Shown here in pieces: positions 37,744-49,029 of a stretch of DNA of 64,000 nucleotides (positions are counted from its first letter, which is position 1; every line of letters starts with the position of its first letter). The notes beneath the pieces are model-generated. The model saw only the letters and a list, made by a program, of their open reading frames with translations. It was not told where the DNA came from and did not search any database. The stretch is from Emiliania huxleyi CCMP1516 (lineage: Eukaryota). The stretch covers positions 123,953 to 187,952 of the forward strand of contig NW_005201851.1 in NCBI RefSeq assembly GCF_000372725.1, in the 5' to 3' direction. The position numbers and the translations under genes are program-made.

Positions 37744-39174
37744 TCAATCCCGCGACCACACCTCGATCTTCTTGGGCAGCAGCTGGTTCGACACGTCCCC
37801 TCCGTGGCCTAGGCAGCCGTAGCGGCCCTCGCCCCAGCTCCAGACAGCTCCGTCGGCGGTGGTGGCGAGATTGTACGCGAGCGCAGCAGACACAGCGACG
37901 ACGCGCTGCCCAGCAAAGGCCTCGACCTTCTTCGGCAGCAGCTGGCGCTGCCGGTCGCCGTGGCCCAGCTGGCCATCTTCGCCTAGGCCCCAGCTCCAGA
38001 CGGCGCCCTCGGCGGTGAGGGCGAGGCTGTGAAGACCTCCAGCCGCCACAGCGACGACGCGCTGGCCAGCCAAGGCCTCGATCTTCTTGGGCTGCCACTG
38101 GCGCTGCTCGTCGCCGTGGCCCAGCTTGCCAAAGGCTCCCCAGCCCCAGCTCCAGAAGGCGCCGTCGGCGGTGAGGGCGAGGCTGTAACCGCGCCCCGCC
38201 GACACAGTGACGACGTGCTGCCCTGCAAAGGCCTCGACCTTCTTCGGCAGCAGCCGGCTCTGCTGGTTTTGCTCGTCGCCGTGGCCCAGCTCGCCCAAGC
38301 CTCCACAACCCCAGCTCCAGACGGCGCCGTCGGCGGTGAGGGCGAGGATGTGGCCGCTTCCAGCCGACACAGCGACGACGCGCTGGTCAGCCAAAGCCTC
38401 GATCTTCTTCGGCAGCAGCTGGTCCTGCTCGTCGCCGTGGCCCAACTTGCCAGAGTTTCCATTGCCCCAGCTCCAGACAGCTCCGTCGGCGGTGATGGCG
38501 AGGCCGTGCATCTCTCCCGCCGACACAGCGACAACGCGCTGGCCAGCAAAGGTCTCAATCTTCTTCGGCAGCAGCTGGTCCTGAGTGTCGCCGTGGCCTA
38601 GCCGGCCAGAGCCTCCACTGCCCCAGCTCCAAACGGCGCCGCTGCCGGTGAGGGCGAGGCTGTGGAATGCTCCAACCGACACGCTCACGACGCGCTCACC
38701 GCTCAGCGTCGACGTTAGGCGGGTCGGCGTGTTGAGCCGCGTCACGCCATCGCCGTGGCCGAGTACTCCCGGCGTCCAGCTCTCAGCCGAGCCGCACGAC
38801 GAGAGCCGCCCCTGGCCGTCGATGAAGAGGCTGTGCTGAAAGCTTGCCGCCACCCTCGCCGGCGGGTTGGACTCGGACAGCAGCGCAGCGAAGCACAGCC
38901 ACCGCACGGCGCAGACCTCGCCCTCTGGCAGCGCCGGCAGCTCGAAGCCGCGCTCTTGCGCCCACAAGCGGATGGCCTCCACCGCAAGCGAGGCGTGAAA
39001 GAGCAGCGAGACGGCCGCGACGCGAGCGATGTTGGCGGGGTCGCAGCGAGAGAGGGCGCGCACGAGGAGCTCCGTGGGAAGGTCGAGGAGGCGGGCGGGC
39101 GGCGGCGTGTCTGGCGAGCGGGCGGTGGAGACGGAGGCGAGGCGGCGCGAGCGGCGGCGCGGTGGGGTGGACAT
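37744..39174 (-). CDS. F-box + RCC1-repeat protein, paralog 2
   Basis: Same N-terminal F-box-like motif and 7 RCC1 repeats, 476 aa. Confidence 0.9.
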   Translation of the reverse strand: MSTPPRRRSRRLASVSTARSPDTPPPARLLDLPTELLVRALSRCDPANIARVAAVSLLFHASLAVEAIRLWAQERGFELPALPEGEVCAVRWLCFAALLSESNPPARVAASFQHSLFIDGQGRLSSCGSAESWTPGVLGHGDGVTRLNTPTRLTSTLSGERVVSVSVGAFHSLALTGSGAVWSWGSGGSGRLGHGDTQDQLLPKKIETFAGQRVVAVSAGEMHGLAITADGAVWSWGNGNSGKLGHGDEQDQLLPKKIEALADQRVVAVSAGSGHILALTADGAVWSWGCGGLGELGHGDEQNQQSRLLPKKVEAFAGQHVVTVSAGRGYSLALTADGAFWSWGWGAFGKLGHGDEQRQWQPKKIEALAGQRVVAVAAGGLHSLALTAEGAVWSWGLGEDGQLGHGDRQRQLLPKKVEAFAGQRVVAVSAALAYNLATTADGAVWSWGEGRYGCLGHGGDVSNQLLPKKIEVWSRD

Positions 39175-39557
39175 CGCGAGAAAAAGAAAATTTGTGAGAA
39201 AAAGAATTCAAACGCGATGTCGTGCGAGAAAAAGAAATTCGCGCGGGCTCGAGAATTTACTTATCGATGCCCGCCGCCGTTCGGAACGCCGGCGTGGAGC
39301 CTTGTTCGCAGCCGGGGTCCCTGGCGCCCTTCCCCTTGAGTCTTCATGAGAGCCTCGCCTGCGCGCAACGTGCTTGATGCGTTTCGCCGTCTCGAGTCCC
39401 GAGGCCCGAGTCGCGTTGGTGAGAGCTTTTCCGCTAGTACCACGCAGCCCGACTCACACAGGCTCGGGCAGAGGTGGAGCCCCACAATTGTTAATGTGCA
39501 AAAGGGTCAAGGCCGCGTCCACACGATACCGTCCCCGCGACCTCTCAATCGGCATTG

Positions 39558-40660
39558 TCAATCCCGCGACCACACCTCGATCTTCTTGGGCAGCAGCTGG
39601 CGCGATAGGTCCTCTCCGTGGCCTAGGCAGCTGCCGTCGCCCCCGCCCCAGGCAAAGATGGCGCCGTCAGTGGTGATGGCGAGCCTTTGCTCGACTCCCA
39701 CCGACGTAGCGACGACGCGCCGCCCCGTCAACGCCTCAATCTTCTTCGGCTGCAGCTGGTTCTGCTGATCGCCGTGGCCCAACCGACCGTTGCCACCGCG
39801 GCCCCAGCTCCAGACGGCGCCGTCGGCAGTGATGGCGAGGCTGTGGGCGTCTCCAGCCGACACAGCGACGACGCGCTGGCCAGCCAAGGCCTCGATCTTC
39901 TTGGGCAGCAGCTGGTCCTGCTCGTCGCCGTGGCCCAGCTTGCCATCTTCGCCAAGGCCCCAGCTCCAGGCGGCTCCGTTGGCGGTGAGGGCGAGGCAGT
40001 GCCCGACTCCAGCCGACACTGCGACGACGCACCGACCTGCAAAGGCCTCGACCTTCTTGGGCAGCGGCTGGTCCTGCTGGTCGCCGTGGCCCAACATGCC
40101 CCAGTATCCACCGCCCCAGCTCCAGACGCTGCCGTCGGCGGTGATGGCGAGGCTGTGAAAACCTCCAGCCGACACGGCAACGACGCGCTGGCCAGCAACG
40201 GTTGCCACCTCCGTGGGCAGCAGCTGGCTCTGCTCGTCGCCATGGCCCAATCGACCAAAGCCTCCCCGGCCCCAGCTCCAGACAGCTCCGTCGGCGGTGA
40301 GGGCGAGGCTGTGCTGCCACCCAGCCGACACGGAGACGACGCGCAATTTAGCAAACCCCTCGATCTTCTTGGGTTGCCACTCGTGCAGCTCGACGCCATG
40401 GCCCAACAGGCCGTGGCGTCCACTGCCCCAGCTCCAGACAGCGCCGTCGGCGGTGAGGGCGAGGCTGTGGCCGGTTCCAACCGACACGCTCATGGCGCGC
40501 TCGCCGCCCAGCGTCGACGGGAGGCGGGTCGGCGTGTTGAGCCGCGTCACGCCCTCGCCGTGGCCGAGAAGGACTGGGTTGTAGAACGGCGAAGAAAGCA
40601 GCCCTCCTGAGAAGTATGTGCTACCCGCAATCACAAGGGCCCTCGCCGCGGCGGGCGGCC
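39558..40660 (-). pseudogene. RCC1-repeat paralog 3, 5'-truncated (no F-box)
   Basis: Open RCC1 repeats with the same C-terminus (KIEVWSRD) and 3' flank as paralog 2. The N-terminus is replaced by unrelated DNA, including a diverged RLE-element 3' UTR at ~40733-40815. Confidence 0.7.
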
Positions 40661-41188
40661 CGCGTGCAGACAGCTTGCGGCTGTTTGCGTCACCATGGTC
40701 GCCCCCGCGTGACACTTCCGTTTTTCTTTCGGTGCTAAGTGCATTGCCGCTCTTAACGGAGTCGCTTAGGCGGCTCCGGTGGTGTGCCGGTGATAGTACT
40801 AGCACGCGCCAGTTCGCACCTGTGTCGAGCCTAAGAAAACAGACACGCCAAACGAGGGATGGGACGAGGACAGGGTCCCCACCTGCACGAGCAGGATTTT
40901 GGAAGGACGATCAGGGGGACAGGTGGGGCTCTCCTGCTCCTGACAAGGGACACGACAGGCTCGCAGCGCGGTGCGCGGTGGACTCCCACATCCACTGGCG
41001 GTCTCATCTCAGTCTAGCGACCTGCCTCCAGCTTGTCGCTGGCAGTCTCTCCTACCACAGGCACACTGACACAGGGGTGGCAGGGGCGGCGGCACGAGTC
41101 TCCCACATACTATGCGGGCCTCACTAGAGGTGCGGCCTGTGCGTGTCCTCGCCCTTGAGGGGGGAGGGGAAGGGGCTGTGTGTCTGTG

Positions 41189-41191
<3 letters not shown>

Positions 41192-41277
<86 letters not shown>

Positions 41278-41292
41278 GTGCGTGTGCGTGTG
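41192..41292. repeat. (GT)n microsatellite
   Basis: Direct reading. Others: (CA)n 54175-54326, (GA)n 46621-46678, (CT)n 63653-63697. Confidence 0.95.
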
Positions 41293-42093
41293 CGAGCCGC
41301 CCTGAACGCCACGAGCGCGCCGCGAGCGCCATAGCGCCGGCGAGCGCCGTCGGACCGCCACCCAAAAGTGGAGGTACATTAGGAGCCGCAGCCGGCCTGC
41401 TCTATCAGCCCCGCAGCCGCGGTGGCGCGACCGGACCGCGGTCGCTCCAGGCGCCTTTTGGCCCCGGTTCGAATCGCGGTTGGCGCGCGCCCTCGCGGAG
41501 CGACGCGTGGCGCGCGACGCGCGCGCGTGCGCGTGCGCGCCCAGCCGAGCCCTAGGCCGTATGCCGTCTGCCGTCTGCCGTCTGCCGTCGGCCGTCGGCC
41601 GTCGGCCGTCGGCCGTCGGCCGCCGCCGCCGCCGTAGCGGCGGCGAGCGCTCGCCTTTTGCGCGACGCGCAGTGTGGACGCGCGCCGCCCAGCGCCGGAC
41701 GTGCCGGAGCCGGTCCGGCGCGCGCGCGGGCGGCCAGCGCCTGTAAACAGACAGCTGCCGCCCACACGTCGAGCCTGTCTGCTGCGGGTTTAAATTCTTT
41801 CGGCAGCACGTGTTGGCGTGACGCTGTGTGTGTCGCTCACGCTCGAGGAGCGATTCCGCTTCGGCTCCGGGCGCTTCGACGACATCAATGGCTTGTACGT
41901 GGACGACGCCGTCCCGAGCTGTACGTGAACGACTGGGCAGCGCCAGACGGCGAGGACTTTTAAAGAAAGAAAGAAAGAAAACAGACAACCCAAGGGAGGG
42001 ATGGGAGGAGACATCCTGAGCGAACTCGAGGCCGCAATTTTTCTTTCGGCAGCACGTTGGCGTGACGCTGCCGCCGGCGTTGGCAAGCCCGCG

Positions 42094-45000
42094 ATGTGGT
42101 CGCTCACGCTCGGTGCGGCGCTCGCCAACGTCGGCTGCTCCGTCTCGCTAGTGCTCGTCAACAAGGCTCCGGAAGATACAGCCCCGGCCTGACCCTTCCC
42201 GCTCCACCTCCGCCGCCATCCGCCGTCCTCCGCCGCCAGCCGCGAAGCCGTGGCACACCTCCGACCCCGCAGGCGGTCTTCTCGGCTGGCTTCAACTTCC
42301 CCATGTCGCTCACCTTCCTCCACTTTGCCTTTACCGTCGCGTTCTACCGCCTGCTCGCAGCGTGCGGCGCCTTTGAGCCTCAGTCGCTGCCGCACGCAGA
42401 GGCGTTCAAGGTTGCCGGGTTTGGCGTCGGAAGCATCGGCTTCATGAACATCTCGCTCCACCTCAACTCGGTCGGCTTCTACCAGATCACGAAGCTCGCC
42501 ATAGTGCCGTGCACGCTGCTCGCACAGGCACCTTTTTAAGCCCTCGCCAGCCGCCTCTCGGCCGCACCTCGGCCGCACCTCGGCCGCCCACCTCGACGGC
42601 CTCTCGGCTCCACCTCGCGCAGGCGCTCCTGCACGACGTGCACGCCTCGCGCCGTGTGAAGCTCTCGCTCCTCCTCCTCCTCCTCGGCCTCGCCGTCGCC
42701 ACCGTCTCGGACGTGAGACACTTCCTAGACACTTCCTAGACGCGTCCTAGACACCGTCTCGGACGTGAGACACTTCCTAGACACTTCCTAGACGCGTCCT
42801 AGACACCGTCTCGGACGTGAGACACTTCCTAGACACTTCCTAGACGCGTCCTAGACACCGTCTCGGACGTGAGACACTTCCTAGACACTTCCTAGACGCG
42901 TCCTAGACACCGTCTCGGACGTGAGACACTTCCTAGACACTTCCTAGACGCGTCCTAGACACCGTCTCGGACGTGAGACACTTCCTAGACACTTCCTAGA
43001 CGCGTCCTAGACACCGTCTCGGACGTGTGCAGCTCCCCCTAGAAGCGAGTGTGCATTCTTGCTCCTCAGCGCAATCTCGTCTTCCGCCCGCTGACGTCGG
43101 GTGTACTCAGCACGCAGGTCCAGCTCAATGCGCCCGGCCTCGTCCTCGGCTTGCTCGCCGTCGCCACCACCACAATCTTCCAGATCTGGCAAGGCTCCAA
43201 GCAAAAGGCGACACTTCCTAGACACTCCCTAGACACTTCCTAGACACCACCGTCTTCCAGATCTGGCAAGGCTCCAAGCAAACGGTGCTCGAGCTGCCTC
43301 GCCACGCCGCCGTGTCGGCCGGCTGATTCTTTCTTTTCATCCATCCGTCGTCAGTCGTAGGAGCTCGAGCTGTCCGCGACGCAGCTGCAGGCGGCCGTCG
43401 CCAGCAGTGGCGGCGTCACCTCTCCACCGCTTTGCATCGCCTCACAGCCTTTTCTTTCACAGGCGGCCGTGGCGATTTGGCAGGTGCCGCAGGCGGTCGC
43501 TCGCCCGCTTGTTCACAGCTCGAGGTGTGAAGAGACGCTGTTCACAGGTGCCGCAGGCGCTCGCGGCGGCGATTGCGCTGGAGAACCTCTGCGCAGGCCC
43601 GCCTCGCCTTGAGAGATTGCACGAGATTGCACGAGATTGCACGAGATTGCACGAGATTGCACGAGATTGCACGAGGTTGAGCAGCGATGTGTGCAGCCGC
43701 TTCAGAGGCCCGGCCATACGAACTGCTGTCTGTGGCGATGCCTCTCCCTGAGAACGCACACACCGCCTCGTGTGGTCACGCCCCGTGTATCCCGCGAGTG
43801 CGTGTGCCCCGTCGCCCGGTGCGAGGGACGTGTCACACACACACACTCACTGATGACGGACTGGCTGACTGAGAGGAGGCCGTGCTCAAGGGCTCCCCCC
43901 TGGACGAGTGTGTGATGAGTGGCTCGCGTCTTGAAGGGGCGTACGGCCTGGCTCCCTAGTACGGACGCACGTGACCCCGCCCACACCTCTGCGCAGGTTT
44001 GCCTCCCGCACTCCGCTCGGAGGAGCCAGGAGAGTGCCGGACGGCGGTCGGGTTCGCCCAGCAAGCCGCGAACGGCGGCGGCGGCGACGGGGGCGGCGGC
44101 GCGCGCACACTGGCGCTGGTGGTGCTGACCTGCTTCGTCGCCCTTGGGACGAACGTCTCCTCGTTTTGCCTCATCGGCCGCACGTCGGCAATCACCTTCC
44201 AGGTGGTCGGGCGACCTGCCTCGTATCTCCGCACGTCTCCCTCGCATCTCTCCGGAATTCTCCGCCCCCAAGGATTCGGTACTTAGGCGGCGGGGGATCT
44301 GGATTCGGTACTTTAGGTGGTCGGGCATGCCAAGACCTGCCTCGTCCTCGCGGGCGGGTTTTTGCTCTGGCCTCCCGCGGACACGTCGCACTTGCCCACG
44401 CAGCTCGTCGGCGTCTCCGTCGCCGTCCTCGGCTGCGTCCTCTATTTCTTTTTTAACCTGTGTTTCTTTTTTAGGCGTCTCGGTCGCCGTCCTCGGCTGC
44501 GTGCTCTACGGCCATCTCAAGCTGAGCGAGGCTACCGGCCGGAGAGACTTGTGCGACCGCCTCTGCCCCGCGCCGCTGCTGTGGGTCGCGACAGACCCCC
44601 CGCCGAGGTTCGAGATACAACCCGAGATACAGCCGAGATGCAGCTGGAGATACAGCCGAGATGCAGCCCGAGATACAGCCCGAGATACAGCCGAGATACA
44701 GCCCGAGATACAGCCGAGACACAGCGGGGATGCAGCCGAGATGCAGCCGATCTAGCCGAGATCCGGACGAGATCCTGCCGAGCTCCTGCCGAGCTCCTGC
44801 CGAGGCCCAGCTCGCATACAGCCGAGGTACGTACAGCCGCGGCTGCACCACCCCGTCCACACCTCCCCCCGCGAATCAGGTACGAGCCGCTGCCTGCGTC
44901 GGGGGAGCTCATCCCGGCGGCGGAGCTGTCCGCGTCGGACGCCAAGGTGGCTTAATTATTCATGATTAATTAATAGCAATCTTAGTTCATTCAGCGGACC

Positions 45001-45413
45001 TGTCCGCGTCGGACGCCAAGGTGGCTTAATTATTATGATTAATTAATAACAATCTTAGTTCATTCAGCGGACCTGTCCGCGTCGGACGCCAAGGTGGCTT
45101 AATTATTCATGATTAATTAATAGCAATCTTAGTTCATTCAGCGGACCTGTCCGCGTCGGACGCCAAGGTGGCTTAATTATTCATGATTAATTAATAGCAA
45201 TCTTAGTTCATTCAGCGGACCTGTCCGCGTCGGACGCCAAGGTGGCTTAATTATTATGATTGATTAATAGCAATCTTAGTTCATTCAGCGGACCTGTCCG
45301 CGTCGGACGCCAAGGTGGCTCTGCGGCGGCCGGGCCCGGGGGGAGGGGCTGCAGACGAGGCGGCCGACGGCGGGGGGGCGGAGGCGCGGTCCGACGAGGA
45401 GCGGCGGAGATGA
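42094..45413 (+). CDS. Nucleotide-sugar transporter (TPT/SLC35E, UXT/URGT-like), multi-exon
   Basis: NVGCSVSLVLVNK, FPMSLTFLHF, MNISLHLNSVGFYQITKLAIVP, IGRTSAITFQ|VVGHAKTCLVL. Confidence 0.9.
44927..45320. repeat. ~74-bp tandem repeat (exon end + AT-rich filler) x5, probably forming the last intron
   Basis: Unit ctgtccgcgtcggacgccaaggtggcttaattattcatgattaattaatagcaatcttagttcattcagcggac. Confidence 0.9.
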
Positions 45414-46635
45414 GGCAGAGGCTCGACGCTCTCTGTCCAACGGCCCGCGACGCACACTCCCTTTCGGCGTGGGTCTCCTCGACACGCCGGACGGGCGTCG
45501 AGACGGGCGCTCGCCGCGCCGCCCCACCGCCCCACCGGCCTCTGTCGGGCGTCCGGCACCGCCGCCCATGCTTCTCGCCGGTCTCTATGCGGGGAGGGAG
45601 GGAGCCTGACCGCACTTGGCTGCTGTGACTCTGACTGACTCTGTCCCGAGTGCTCTTCTCAATCCATTTCTATCGGCGTTCTCTGCCAGTCGCATGCGTG
45701 TTGCACCATCGAAGATGCGGCGTCGCCGTCCGGTGGACGGTCGCGTCGTTCACTTTATGTTGTTATGATTATGTTTGGACGAAAAAAGTCACAAATAAAA
45801 CGTACATCTAGAGACTCGGGTACTCGCTGTTGAGGGCTCTCTCCCAATCACTCCCAACTTTCACGACGAATGCTATCTTTGCACTTTGGGAAGCGAGGCA
45901 TGAAACGCCTGGGGGCCAGTATATTGTTTCGATTGGCGGCCCCTGACTCGTGACTGCATGTGTGTTCGTTGACATGAACGATGAAGCTAGATGCTAGGCC
46001 TACTTACCTCCGGTATGCCCCTGGCTCTGCGGGGCCTTTTGCGCGGCCCTCGCCGGCAGCGGCGGAGGAGGGTGCGCTGCAGAGCCCTCGGCGAGGTACC
46101 TAATAGACATTCATCGAGAGCAAGATAGCAGGATCCAGAGAGACACGCCCCATCAGGAGAAGGAGAGGCGAGAGCGCTCAAGGATCACTCGCGGCGCACC
46201 TCATGTTTTCGCGCGCGAGGCTGCGGCTGAAGCGGGCGCCGCTGCTGGGCGAGGGAGGCGGCTTCCCACTGCTGGAGGAGGAGGAGCTGGAGGTGTTGCT
46301 CCGCCCGACGCCTACCCGACGCGAGCTCACAATGAGGAGGGGCTGCTGGACGTGTGTTGCTCCGCGCCCCCCCCCCCTCTCTGCGCCTGTGAGAGAGTGA
46401 GAGAGGGGTGCAAGAGCTGGTTGGGCGTGTGAGAAAGGCGGCGAGGGAGGGGAGAGGAGGGGATGGGGGGGGTAGAGGGAGGGAGAGGGAGGGAGAGGGA
46501 GGGAGGGGGAGTGAGCGGAGCGGGAGGGGAGGGAGGGTGGTGTGTGACCCAGAGGGAGAGGGAGGTAGGGAGAGGGATGGAGAGGGATGGTGTGTGGGGG
46601 GGGGGGGGGGAGGGGTAGGGAGAGAGAGAGAGAGA

Positions 46636-46679
<44 letters not shown>

Positions 46680-48606
46680 ACGAGCGAGACAGTCCGCGAG
46701 AGGCAGAGTGAGGGAGCGAGCGCACCCGCGCCGCGCCGCGTCTCCGACTCGGACTCGGACTCCGACTCCTCCTTGTCCGAGACCTGCAGCCTCGTCGCCC
46801 AGTCGATGCAGCTGCCTGGTGTCCGGGAAGGGTCACATGGAGTCACATGGAGTCAGAGGGCTGGGGGGGCTGAGCGGCGAGGTCGGCGGCGAGTGCGGTG
46901 GCGAGGCAAGTGGCGGCGGGTAGGGTGGCGGCGGGAAGGATGGAGCGGGCGGGTGTTGGGGCGCAGGGCGGCGGTGGGGAGGGAGGTAGGCTGGAGTGCG
47001 ACGGGGATGCCTGCATCGGTGACGGTGGTTGCGCTGGCAGCGTGCGCGCGCGCGCGGTCGCCGAAGGAGGGGGACTCGAACTCGCGCTTGTCCTCGGAGT
47101 CGTGGGACGCACGCGAGACTGGCAGCTGCCCAGAAATTCGCCTCCGCACCGGCGCACCGCTTCCCACCGCGGCTACCGTGGCGGCAGGCCGGGTGGCGGC
47201 GGCGGCGGAGCTGCTGGCGTCGGCGTGGGTGGCGGAGCCGCCGGTGGCGGTGGCGGTGGTGGCGGCGGGATTTCCGAAGGTGTGGGCGACGGCGAGAGTA
47301 TAGGCGGGGTTGCGTTGGCCCGTGTCGGTGGGCTCACGCCTCTCGTACCAGTGGAGCGGCTGCGCCCCGTCTGCGCCCGTTGAGTCGGAGAGGACTCCCA
47401 TCAGCTCGGGCTCGGTGTTGGCCCAGCTCATGAAGCTCTCCTCCGAGTCAAACTGGACGATAGCCTGACCTGGGTACAACCTAGCCCACGCATCCTGAGC
47501 ATTCGCCAGCATCGCGGCCGAAGTGTGTAGCACAGGCCGCTCGTCGTCTCGGCGCTCGCTGCTCATGTGGTGTTGGCACAACGAGGGCTCGAGCCGCGCT
47601 TGATTGCCACACAAGTAGCAACTACGAGAGGATATTGCAATCGCTGGCAGAAGTCAGCGCTAGATTGTAGTCACACGGAGGCGGAGACGTCGAAGCACGA
47701 TGCCTGGGAGCTCTGCCAACATTCCACAATTCGAAGGTCCGGCGATCGTCGGCGATTTCGAGGGCGACGAGATCCCGAGGAGATCCCCGCCGAGATCCAG
47801 CCGAGATACACCGAGGTGATGACGAGAAAAGAACCCTGCCGACATCAAGGCAGCTCCCTTGCGTCACTACGTGCCTCCCCGAGTCTGGCGTGTGAGTGTG
47901 AGCACACACACAACCCGAGTCTCTCTCTCTCTCTCTCTCTCTGGCGTTTGTGCCCCGTTTGTGCCGCGTCCCGTGCCCCCGAGTTCATTCAGCAACGCGG
48001 GTTCGCGCAGTTTCCACAGGATCAAGCCACGCTAACCTACAGTAAGAGCGCCTGCAGGCTTGAATGCCATGGGACTCGACTCCCCGATGTCGGCTTTATC
48101 ATTTACGGCTCTAGACCGGTGGAGTCACACGAGGGTTATCCCTGACACGTATGTCATGGGTTTGCCGGGGGATCGCAAACTTGTGGGGGGTGCGGAATAC
48201 AAACACCGCTGCGCAGTGGCTTGCCCTTTCGCGCCCATTTGGAGATGCCACCAACGCGTCTGAGCGAGCCAAATGTGTGGTGGGCAGCCTCTTTCCTTTT
48301 TTGAGGGCGCCTTCGTTGTAATACAAACGGATGGTCACTTGTAGTCACACCCACACATCGCACCGCACCGCGCGCACGCCCACGCGCGCACCTTTTCTTT
48401 TTTTATCGGCTGGGCCAAGAAAGACGCCTCACTCACAGCACACAGCACACTGGCACGACAAGGGACTGACTAGGGCACACTAGCACACATTGGCACACCA
48501 AGAAAGAAGCGGATCCTCACCGCTTTGGCGGCCAAAATCATCCTGCGAAGAGTGAGCCATGGCTGGATCGACGGCGGGCTACTCGAAGGATGGCCCGATC
48601 GGGGGG

Positions 48607-49003
48607 TAGAGGCTACAGCCGCGCAAAAAAGACCGCCGCGCAACGAAGACCGCTGTCGTCGCACGCTGCTGACGCCCAGGATGACAGAATTGGCCTTCGC
48701 CAGACTGAGGACTATTGTGCGCCTTGGCGAGGCGCTTCCGGTGGTATTTTTTTAGAGCTGGTTCGGCATGCACGAGCGCGTGGGTGTGTGTGAGCACCGC
48801 GGGTCTTTTTTGCGATCCCGGGTCTTGTGCTTGTGCGTGATGCTGTGTGGCATGTGGTCGTCTGCAGTCAGTATAGACATGATAGGGGTGGACTATAGGT
48901 CCAGTAGGTCAATTGATCTCGCTTAGTCGCATCGTGGGGAGCTCATCCCGGGCCGTCGCAGGCCGCCGCGCATCGGGTCTTTTTTGCGAAGCTGTAGCCT
49001 CTA
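48607..49003. mobile_element. MITE-like element, 28-bp imperfect terminal inverted repeats bounded by TA
   Basis: tagaggctacagccgcgcaaaaaagacc (48607-48634) vs ggtcttttttgcgaagctgtagcctcta (48976-49003), 2 mismatches. Confidence 0.55.
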
Positions 49004-49029
49004 ACAGCGACGGCGATTGCGAACCCGCC

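Noticed and set aside
44927..45320. CRISPR-like repeat/spacer alternation
   Set aside because: The AT-rich segments are copies of each other, not unique spacers; a simple tandem repeat
46853..47614. 253-aa minus-strand ORF, and ORF fragments at 57130-57703
   Set aside because: Possibly coding but no recognisable motif or corroborating structure
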